Positions 56,468 through 64,000 of a DNA stretch of 64,000 nt are shown in pieces. The notes beneath the pieces are model-generated. The model was not told the DNA's origin and ran no database searches. It was given only the letters and a program-made list of their open reading frames with translations. This DNA comes from Candidatus Effluviviaceae Genus I sp. GTDB lineage: Bacteria; Joyebacterota; Joyebacteria; Joyebacterales; Joyebacteraceae. The stretch is from NCBI GenBank assembly GCA_016867725.1, contig VGIX01000003.1:26866-90865 (forward strand), written 5' to 3'. Made by a program: the position numbers and the translations under genes. Positions within the stretch are counted from its first letter, which is position 1; each line of letters starts with the position of its first letter.

Positions 56468-57253
56468 TCACCCGTCGATCACGGACATGACCCTGTGGAT
56501 CCCCGTCGCGGCGCCGCTGGTCTCGTCGGCGTCGACGACGACGCCGCAGAGCACGAGGCGACCGCCGGCCGGCTCAAAGCGCTGCGGGATCTGCGTGAGG
56601 AACCTCGCAAGGGAGAGGTCCCTTCGCATGCCGATCACCGAGTCGTACGGCCCCGTCATCCCCGCGTCCGAGATGGCCGCGGTGAACCCGTCCACGATGC
56701 GCTCGTCCGCCGTCTGCACGTGCGTGTGCGTTCCCAGGACGGCCGTCGCCGCCCCGGCCAGGTGCCACGCCATCGCGACCTTCTCCGACGTCGCCTCCGC
56801 GTGGAGGTCCACCAGCACGACGCGGGCGCGCGTCCGCAGCTCCGCCACGAGCGCGGCGCCCACGCGGAACGGGCAGTCGGTCTCCGGCAGGAACACCCTG
56901 CCCTGCAGGTTCACGACGCCCACGGGAACGCCCTTCGCGGTCTCGAAGACGCCGGCTCCCCGACCGGGGGTGCCCGGGGGGTAGTTGGCCGGCCGGAGGA
57001 TCCGCTCGCAGCCCGCGACCAGCTCCGCGGCACCCTTCTTGTCCCAGATGTGGTTGCCGCTCGTGAGGACGTCGATGCCGAGCGCGAAGAGGTCGTTCGC
57101 CACGGGCTTCGTGAGCCCGATGCCTCCCGCCGCGTTCTCGCCGTTCGCCACGACGAGCGACGGCCCCCACTCCCTCACGAGGCCGGGCAGGAGCAGCTCG
57201 ACGGCGCGCCGCCCGGGCCGCCCGACGACGTCCCCGATGAAGAGGATCCTCAT
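56468..57253 (-). CDS. ymdB: TIGR00282 / YmdB metallophosphoesterase
   Basis: GDVVG, NGENAAGG, SGNHIWD, HAEATSEK, GTHTHVQTAD; rny-ymdB synteny. Confidence 0.93.
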   Translation of the reverse strand: MRILFIGDVVGRPGRRAVELLLPGLVREWGPSLVVANGENAAGGIGLTKPVANDLFALGIDVLTSGNHIWDKKGAAELVAGCERILRPANYPPGTPGRGAGVFETAKGVPVGVVNLQGRVFLPETDCPFRVGAALVAELRTRARVVLVDLHAEATSEKVAMAWHLAGAATAVLGTHTHVQTADERIVDGFTAAISDAGMTGPYDSVIGMRRDLSLARFLTQIPQRFEPAGGRLVLCGVVVDADETSGAATGIHRVMSVIDG

Positions 57254-57269
57254 GCGCCTTCCCGCCCGG

Positions 57270-58832
57270 CTACTTGGCGTAGTCCACGGCTCTCGACTCG
57301 CGGATCACGACGACCTTGATCTGGCCCGGGTACTTGAGCTCCGCCTCGATCTTCCTCGCCACGGCCGAGGCGAGGGCCTCGGCGCGGGCGTCGTCGATCT
57401 TCTTGTGCTGGACCATGATGCGGATCTCGCGGCCCGCCTGGATCGCGTAGGAGCGCTCGACGCCCTGGAAGGTCCCCGCGATCTGCTCGAGCTTCTCGAG
57501 GCGCTTGATGTAGGTCTCGAGCGTCTCGCGCCGCGCGCCCGGCCTCGCGCCGGACACGGCGTCGGCCGCCTGGACGAGCACGGCGATCATGCTCGTGTGC
57601 TCGACGTCCTCGTGATGGGACTCGATCGAGTTGACGACGACCTCGTCTTCCCCGTACCGGGAGGCCAGCTCCGCGCCGAGCGCGGCGTGCGTCCCCTCCA
57701 TCGTGTGGTCCACGGCCTTGCCGAGGTCGTGGAGGAGCCCCGCGCGCTTGGCCACCGCGACGTCGAGCCCGAGCTCGCCGGCCATGAGACCGGTCAGGTA
57801 GGCGACCTCCTTGGAGTGCTGGAGCACGTTCTGACCGTAGCTCGTCCGGTACCGGAGCTTCCCGAGGAGCTTGATGAGCTCCGGGCGAAGGTCGTGGATG
57901 CCGACGTCCAGGCACGCCTCCTCGCCGGTCTCGGTGATCTTCTGGTCGAGCTCCTTCGTGACCTTCTCGACGACCTCCTCGATCCGCCCCGGGTGGATCC
58001 GCCCGTCCCCGATGAGCCGCTCGAGCGAGAGCCTCGCCACCTCGCGGCGCACGGGATCGAAGCCCGACAGGATCACGGCCTCGGGGGTGTCGTCCACGAT
58101 CACGTCGATGCCGGTCGCGGTCTCGAACGCTCGGATGTTCCTGCCCTCGCGGCCGATGATCCTGCCCTTCATCTCGTCGCTGGGGAGGTTCACCACCGAC
58201 ACGGTGGACTCCACGACGTGGTCGGCGGCGCACCGCTGGATGGCCAGCGTGAGGATCTGCTTCGCCTCCTTGTCGCCCTGCCTCCGCGCGTCGTCCCGGA
58301 TGTCCTTGACCATCCTCGCGGCCTCGAGGCGCGCCTCGCTCTCCATGTTCTTGATGAGCAGCTTCTTCGCGTCGTCGCGGTTCATGCCCGCGATCCGCTC
58401 GAGCCGCTCGTTCTGCTCGTCGATCAGCTTCGAGACCTTCTCGGAACGCTCGACGATCTCCGCTTCCTTCGCGGCCTGCTCGGTCTCCGACCGGGCGAGC
58501 TCCTGTTCCTTCTTGTCGAGGAACTCCACCCTCCTGTTGAGGTCATCCTCCCGCTTCTCCAACTGCCTCTGGAGCTTCTCGAGCTCCGCTCGTGTCGCCT
58601 GCGTGTCTTCCTCGAACCTGGACTTCGCCTTGTACCACTCGTCCTTCGCCTCGAGGATCGCCGCCTTCTTCTGCGTCTCGGCCTCGCGCTGCGCCTCGCG
58701 GACGATCTTCTCGGCCAGTTCCTCGGCGCTCACGATCTTGCTGCGGTCCACGAGCCGTCTGGCGAACCAGCCGGCCACGAACACGGCAACGCCGATCAGG
58801 AACGCAACGACCATGGCTCCCCACTGGCTCAT
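57270..58832 (-). CDS. rny: Ribonuclease Y
   Basis: N-terminal TM, coiled coil, KH ([13 protein letters not shown]), HD (LLHDLGK), SGARPGAR. Confidence 0.97.
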   Translation of the reverse strand: MSQWGAMVVAFLIGVAVFVAGWFARRLVDRSKIVSAEELAEKIVREAQREAETQKKAAILEAKDEWYKAKSRFEEDTQATRAELEKLQRQLEKREDDLNRRVEFLDKKEQELARSETEQAAKEAEIVERSEKVSKLIDEQNERLERIAGMNRDDAKKLLIKNMESEARLEAARMVKDIRDDARRQGDKEAKQILTLAIQRCAADHVVESTVSVVNLPSDEMKGRIIGREGRNIRAFETATGIDVIVDDTPEAVILSGFDPVRREVARLSLERLIGDGRIHPGRIEEVVEKVTKELDQKITETGEEACLDVGIHDLRPELIKLLGKLRYRTSYGQNVLQHSKEVAYLTGLMAGELGLDVAVAKRAGLLHDLGKAVDHTMEGTHAALGAELASRYGEDEVVVNSIESHHEDVEHTSMIAVLVQAADAVSGARPGARRETLETYIKRLEKLEQIAGTFQGVERSYAIQAGREIRIMVQHKKIDDARAEALASAVARKIEAELKYPGQIKVVVIRESRAVDYAK

Positions 58833-58893
58833 GCGGTCGTCTCCCTCCCATCTATCGCATTGTGGTCCTGCGCCGATCGGCCGGCCCCCGGCA

Positions 58894-60231
58894 TCACGTG
58901 CCCTCCGGATCCTCGACCGGCGAAGCGGCGTCCCATCGGGACAACCGCTCCCGGACCTCCCTCTCGTACCCCGCATCGCCGGGCGTGTAGAAGCTCCGGC
59001 GCTTCTCGACGTAGTCCTGCCTTCTGCCCTCGGCCTCCGAGCGCGGCATCTCGTACGCGGCCCCCCGCCCCAGCCGCGCGGCTCCCGCGTAGCCCGCGGC
59101 GCGCAGGTGCGCCGGAACCTCCCCCGAGTCCTCCGTCCGGACGGCCTCCTCGGCCGCGGCGATCGCGTCGGCGCACGCCCTGCTCTTGGGCGCCGCCGCG
59201 AGGTAGATCGTCGCCTCGGCGAGCGCGTACCGCGCCTCGGGAAGCCCGAGCATCTCGACGGCCCTGGCCGCCCCGACCGCAAGTCCCAGGGCCCCCGGGT
59301 CGGCAAGCCCCACGTCCTCGGAGGCCAGGATCACGAGCCGCCTCGCGATGAAGCGCGGGTCCTCGCCGCCCTCGAGCATCCTGGCCAGCCAGAAGAGCGC
59401 CGCATCGGGCTGCGAGCCGCGCACGCTCTTGATGAACGCCGACGCCACGTCGTAGTGCGCGTCGCCGTCGCGGTCGTGCCTGATCACGCGGCGCGCGAGA
59501 CACCCCTCGGCCACGGCCAGGCTCACGCGGATGGCGCCGCCTTTGTCCGGCGGCGTCGAGAGCGCCGCGAGTTCGAGCGCCGAGAGGGCCCTCCTCGCGT
59601 CCCCGAGCGCGTTGTCGGCCAGGTGGTCCAGCGCGTCGTCCGCCGCCTCGACGCGGTACTCGCCGAGGCCCCGCTCCCGGTCGGCGAGGGCGGACACCAG
59701 GATCGCCCGCACGTCGTCCCTCGAGAGCGGCCGGAACTCGAACACCTGAACGCGCGACAGGAGCGCCTGGTTCAGGTAGAAGAACGGGTTCTCCACCGTC
59801 GCGCCGATCATGACGAACGCGTCGTCCTCGAGGGGCGCGAGCAGCACGTCCTGCTGGGCCTTGTTGAACCGGTGCACCTCGTCGATGAACACGATCGTCC
59901 GCCGGGGCGAGCGCTGCCGCGCGCCGGTGACGGCGGCCCGCAGATCGGCCACGCCGGCCTCGACCGCGTTGAGCCTCACGAGCGCCGACCCGGTGGCCTC
60001 CGCGATCACGTGGCCGAGGGAGGTCTTGCCGCTCCCAGGAGGGCCGTACAGGATCATCGAGAACAGCCTGTCGGCCTCGATGGCCCTCCGAAGCAGCTTG
60101 CCCGGTCCCAGCACGTGGTCCTGTCCGCGATACTCACCGAGCGCCCGCGGCCGCATCCTCTTCGCGAGAGGCGCGTGCGGGGCTTCGGGAACCGTGAAGA
60201 GGCCCCCCGGCTCAGCGTGGGCATCGCGCAA
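58894..60231 (-). CDS. rarA: Replication-associated recombination protein A
   Basis: [48 protein letters not shown]; start uncertain (TTG 60231 after GAGGTG, or ATG 60249). Confidence 0.93.
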   Translation of the reverse strand: MRDAHAEPGGLFTVPEAPHAPLAKRMRPRALGEYRGQDHVLGPGKLLRRAIEADRLFSMILYGPPGSGKTSLGHVIAEATGSALVRLNAVEAGVADLRAAVTGARQRSPRRTIVFIDEVHRFNKAQQDVLLAPLEDDAFVMIGATVENPFFYLNQALLSRVQVFEFRPLSRDDVRAILVSALADRERGLGEYRVEAADDALDHLADNALGDARRALSALELAALSTPPDKGGAIRVSLAVAEGCLARRVIRHDRDGDAHYDVASAFIKSVRGSQPDAALFWLARMLEGGEDPRFIARRLVILASEDVGLADPGALGLAVGAARAVEMLGLPEARYALAEATIYLAAAPKSRACADAIAAAEEAVRTEDSGEVPAHLRAAGYAGAARLGRGAAYEMPRSEAEGRRQDYVEKRRSFYTPGDAGYEREVRERLSRWDAASPVEDPEGT

Positions 60232-60381
60232 CGCGTTCACCTCGTTCATCCGAACGCGGGACACGGGGCAGGGCATCGGGCTGGGCTGGAACGAAGCTCG
60301 GTCGACGGCATCGGCGTGGCGCCTCCGAATGCGGCGGCGCGCTCTGAAGGTCAGCGAAAGGCCTGAGAAGGGCCGCGGGGG

Positions 60382-60663
60382 TCACTCGCCCATCTGGGAC
60401 TCGATCTCCTGCGAGAGTTCCTCGGCCCGCTCCTCGACCTCGGCCAGCAGCCTGTTCCGGTCGTCTCGCTCCCGGAAAAGCTCGCCGGCGATGTTGAGGG
60501 CCGCGAGAATGGCCACCTTGAGGGAAGAGCCAAGGGCCGTTTCGCCGTCCACCTCCCGCATCTTGCTGTCCACGTAGTGGGCGATCTCCTGAATGCTCTC
60601 AGGGTCCGCGTCCCCGCGGATTCGGTACTCCGACCCGAAGATCTCGACCTTCACGCTGCTCAT
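60382..60663 (-). CDS. zapA: Cell division protein ZapA
   Basis: VEIFGSEY, AHYVDSKM, VAILAALNIA. Confidence 0.92.
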   Translation of the reverse strand: MSSVKVEIFGSEYRIRGDADPESIQEIAHYVDSKMREVDGETALGSSLKVAILAALNIAGELFRERDDRNRLLAEVEERAEELSQEIESQMGE

Positions 60664-60742
60664 CAGGTGATCTCAGGCTTCGTCGCCCCATCGGGGGGCG
60701 CTCACCGGGGACACCGCGACGCGACGGAGCGCCGCCGGGCCC

Positions 60743-60988
60743 CTAGGCCAGCTTCTCGCCGATCGATCTCATCTTCTGCTCGATCCGCTTCCGCTGCCTC
60801 GCGTCTATCTTCTCACCGGACCAGACGCTCTTCATGTGGCCGGCGAGGTCCTCGAACTCCTTTCCCAGAGCGCGCAGGCGCTCCCTGAGCTCGGCGTTCT
60901 CCGCCCTCAGTCGCGCGAGCTCACCCACAGCCCGCGCGATCGAGGCCTCGAGCGCTTCCATTCCGGGCACCTGCATCGTCGTCTCCAC
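60743..60988 (-). CDS. Coiled-coil ZapB-like protein
   Basis: Heptad repeats (LEASI...LRAENAELRERL); pheT-X-zapA position. Confidence 0.7.
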   Translation of the reverse strand: METTMQVPGMEALEASIARAVGELARLRAENAELRERLRALGKEFEDLAGHMKSVWSGEKIDARQRKRIEQKMRSIGEKLA

Positions 60989-61003
60989 GAAGGCGCCGCC
61001 CGG

Positions 61004-63388
61004 TCACTTCCGGAGCGACGCCCCCAGCTCCTTGAGGAGGCGGTTGACGACGCGGCCGTGCGCCTCGTCGACCTCCGCGTCCGTCAGGGTGCGCTCGCGC
61101 GACATGTACGTCAGCGACAGGCCAAGGCTCTTCTTCCCCGCGGGAAGCTGCGAGCCACGGTACAGGTCGAACACTTCCACGGACTGCAGGAGCGCCTCGC
61201 CGTGCCCGCCGACCACGTCCAGCACGCCGGCCGCGGGCGTCCCGTCATCCAGGATCAGCGCAACGTCGCGCCGCACCTTGGGATACCGCGGTAGCCGCTC
61301 GTGTTTCCCCACCAACCTGCACCCCCGTGCCAGCTCATCAAGGGAGAGCTCGAACACGAACACCGGCTGCTCGAGATCCCACGCGTCCAGCACGCCGCGA
61401 GAGATCATGCCGAGATGCCCGATCTCCCGCCCGCCTGCGGAGAGCACCGCCCCCTCCGCGCGGTCGAACAGCGGGCGGCCATCGTAGCAGCGCATGCCCA
61501 GGCTGTCAACCCCGAGCGCTTCCCCGAGGGCCCACAGGGCGCCCTTGCCGTCGAAGAAGTCGGTGGACCGGGACTGCCCGTCCCACGCCGGCCTTCCGGC
61601 CCGGCCCGTCATCGCCCCGGCCAGCGACCACGCCTCGGCGGTCGCCGTCCCCTGTCTCGAGAACACCTTCGCGATCTCGAAGACCCTGACGTCCTTCTCC
61701 CCCACGTTCCAGTTCGTCCGGACGACGTCCAGGAGACCCGGGACGGCGGTGGGACGAAGGAGCGGCGCGTCCCTGTTGATGGGGTTGGAGAGCGTCGGGG
61801 CGGCCGCAGGGTCCGCCCCCACGCGCTCGAGCACGGCCGGGCTCGTGAAGGAGCTCGTGAGCGCCTCGTAGAAGCCCAGGCCGACCATCGCCCCGCGGAC
61901 CTGCGCGACGCGCGCGTCGCGCTTCTCGTAGCGCTCGTCGAGACCGCGGAAGGGCACCGCCGACGCGACGTTCTCGTATCCGTGCGACCGCGTGACCTCC
62001 TCGACGAGATCGGCCTCGAGCTCGATGTCGCGCCGGAAGCTCGGCACGCTCACGCGGAGCGCGTCGGCGTCCGGCGCCACGCCGAAACCGAGCGCGGCAA
62101 GGTGTCCGGCCGCGTCGGACGTCGAGACCCCGTCACCGAGCAGGCGCCGCACCGACGACATCCTGAGGGTGACCGGCGAGGGAGCCGGAAGGCCAGGGCC
62201 GACGTCCACGGCGCCGGGGGCCACCTGCCCTCCGGCGATCGACGCAATCAGGCCGCACACGCGGGCGGCGACGCGGTCCATGGCCGCCGTGTCCACGCCT
62301 CGCTCGAACCGCCACGAGGCCTCCGTCCGGAGCCCGACGCCGCGCGCGCCGCGCCTGACGATCACCGGGTCGAAGCAGGCGCACTCCAGGAGCACGGTCG
62401 TCGTGCCCTCGGTCACCTCGCTGCCCGCGCCGCCCATGACGCCGGCGAGGGCCACGGGGTGCGCCGCGTCGGCGATCACGAGCTGCGAGGGGCCGAGCTT
62501 GCGGGTGACCCCGTCGAGCGTGACGAGCTCCTCGCCCGCCGACGCGCGCCGCACGACGATGCGTCGCCCCTCGAGCGCCTCGAAGTCGAACGCGTGCACG
62601 GGGTGCCCGAGCTCGAGCATCGCGAAGTTCGTCGCGTCCACGACGTTGTTGATGGGCCGCTGCCCCACGCTCTCGAGCCTCTCGGCGAGCCACGCCGGGG
62701 AAGGGCCGACCTTCACTCCCGCGATCACGCGGGCGATGTACCGCGGACAGCCGGCGGGATCGAGGATCTCGACCCCCGTGAGGGCGGACGCGGGCGTGCC
62801 CGACTCGAGGAGGTCGACGCGCGGCTCCCTGAGCGGCGAGCGCGTCATCGCGGCGACCTCGCGGGCGACGCCGACGATGCCCGTGCAGTCCGGTCGGTTG
62901 GGCTGGACCTCGACGTCCACCGCGTCGGCCGTGAGCGCGAGCGCGCTGCGGATGTCCTCGCCGAGCGACGACGAGGGATCGAGCTCGATGATCCCCGCCG
63001 CGTCGTCGGAGACGCCGAGCTCGGCCGCCGACACGAGCATCCCGAACGAGCGCCTCCCGCGGATGGTCTGCTCGCCGATCGCGCGCCCGCCGGCGATGAC
63101 GGCGCCGGGGAGCGCAAGCCCCGTCACGAGGCCGGCCCGCGCGTTCGGCGCGCCGCACACGACGCTCGCCGAGCCGCTGCCCCAGTCGACGACGCAGACG
63201 CTGAGGCTGTCGGCGTCCGGGTGTCGGTCAACGGTCACGATCTTCGCGACGACCACGCCCGTCGCGTCCGCGCCGGCCGGGCGCACGGGGACGGTCTCCG
63301 TGAGGCGCTCGGTCAGACGCCGGGCGAGCTCGACGGCGTCCATGTCGAAGTCGACGTAGTCCCTGAGCCACGCGAGGCTCACCTTCAT
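61004..63388 (-). CDS. pheT: Phenylalanine--tRNA ligase beta subunit
   Basis: [47 protein letters not shown]. Confidence 0.97.
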   Translation of the reverse strand: MKVSLAWLRDYVDFDMDAVELARRLTERLTETVPVRPAGADATGVVVAKIVTVDRHPDADSLSVCVVDWGSGSASVVCGAPNARAGLVTGLALPGAVIAGGRAIGEQTIRGRRSFGMLVSAAELGVSDDAAGIIELDPSSSLGEDIRSALALTADAVDVEVQPNRPDCTGIVGVAREVAAMTRSPLREPRVDLLESGTPASALTGVEILDPAGCPRYIARVIAGVKVGPSPAWLAERLESVGQRPINNVVDATNFAMLELGHPVHAFDFEALEGRRIVVRRASAGEELVTLDGVTRKLGPSQLVIADAAHPVALAGVMGGAGSEVTEGTTTVLLECACFDPVIVRRGARGVGLRTEASWRFERGVDTAAMDRVAARVCGLIASIAGGQVAPGAVDVGPGLPAPSPVTLRMSSVRRLLGDGVSTSDAAGHLAALGFGVAPDADALRVSVPSFRRDIELEADLVEEVTRSHGYENVASAVPFRGLDERYEKRDARVAQVRGAMVGLGFYEALTSSFTSPAVLERVGADPAAAPTLSNPINRDAPLLRPTAVPGLLDVVRTNWNVGEKDVRVFEIAKVFSRQGTATAEAWSLAGAMTGRAGRPAWDGQSRSTDFFDGKGALWALGEALGVDSLGMRCYDGRPLFDRAEGAVLSAGGREIGHLGMISRGVLDAWDLEQPVFVFELSLDELARGCRLVGKHERLPRYPKVRRDVALILDDGTPAAGVLDVVGGHGEALLQSVEVFDLYRGSQLPAGKKSLGLSLTYMSRERTLTDAEVDEAHGRVVNRLLKELGASLRK

Positions 63389-63397
63389 GGGCGCCCC

Positions 63398-64000
63398 TCA
63401 GACCCCCCGGAGGAACCGGAGGTCGTTCTCCAGAAAGAGCCGGATGTCGTCCGTGCCCGTCAGCATCATGCACACGCGGTCCACGCCCAGCCCGAACGCG
63501 TAGCCGCTCACGGCGTCCGGGTCGTACCCCACGGCCCGGAAGACGCGCGGGTCCACCATCCCCGCTCCGACAAGCTCCACCCAGCCCGTCCCCTTGCAGA
63601 CGCTGCATCCCGAGCCGCCGCAGATGCTGCAGCGGACGTCCACCTCGATGGACGGCTCGGTGAACGGGAAGAAGCCGGGACGGAAGCGGATGCCCACGTC
63701 GTCCCCCAGAAGCTCCTTCAGGAATCGCGTGAGGACGCCCCTGAGCTCTGCCAGGCGGACGTCGCGGTCCACGTAGAGCCCCTCGAGCTGGTAGAACTCG
63801 GAGCCGTGCGAGGCGTCGGGGTTCTCGTTCCGGTACACCCGCCCCGGCGCGATGATACGCACGGGCGGCTTCGTGGACTGCATCACGCGGATCTGCACGG
63901 GCGACGTGTGCGTGCGGAGGAGGGACCCGCCGTCAACGTAGAAGGTGTCCCACATGTCCCGCGCGGGGTGGTCCGGCGGGATGTTCAGCGCCTCGAAGTT
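63398..64000 (-). CDS. pheS: Phenylalanine--tRNA ligase alpha subunit (5' truncated by window edge)
   Basis: [35 protein letters not shown]. Confidence 0.97.
   Translation of the reverse strand, partial: NFEALNIPPDHPARDMWDTFYVDGGSLLRTHTSPVQIRVMQSTKPPVRIIAPGRVYRNENPDASHGSEFYQLEGLYVDRDVRLAELRGVLTRFLKELLGDDVGIRFRPGFFPFTEPSIEVDVRCSICGGSGCSVCKGTGWVELVGAGMVDPRVFRAVGYDPDAVSGYAFGLGVDRVCMMLTGTDDIRLFLENDLRFLRGV

Overview
A very GC-rich, gene-dense chromosomal segment of a diderm and probably anaerobic bacterium. The FlgD/T9SS-like C-terminal domains and a C-terminal 'STWGVIKALYR' tail suggest an FCB-associated lineage such as Eisenbacteria, Krumholzibacteriota or Latescibacterota; this placement is inference. 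The window appears to span the replication terminus. Almost all genes left of ~35.3 kb are on +, all genes to the right are on -, and a dif-like XerC/XerD site (35324-35351) sits exactly at the switch. The left arm carries tRNA-Pro x2, tRNA-Arg, an LpxL-like acyltransferase, GT2, surE-pcm-...-nlpD-apt and a secreted lysyl-endopeptidase-like protease. It continues with a ~15 kb pyrBCKDFE-guaB3-guaA-purBCFHEA run behind a PyrR-like leader, a degenerate FolE2, SatD-like, TPR-TonB, GT-C and ABC genes, four small Cys/redox genes (including a stand-alone NrdD glycyl-radical domain), and a secreted 'TWG-tail' protein with a long structured leader. The right arm carries leuS, a FadL-like porin, a multiheme cytochrome, holA, lptE, an atypical GAFTGA-less NtrC-like regulator, nucleotide-sugar enzymes, a HAD/polyprenol-kinase fusion, an M28 peptidase, tRNA-Arg, DUF362 and the conserved pheST-zapBA-(rarA)-rny-ymdB-folD-xseAB-ispA-dxs-nadK block. 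No CRISPR array, transposase, integrase or phage gene was recognised. All calls come from motif recognition by eye; no database search was run.
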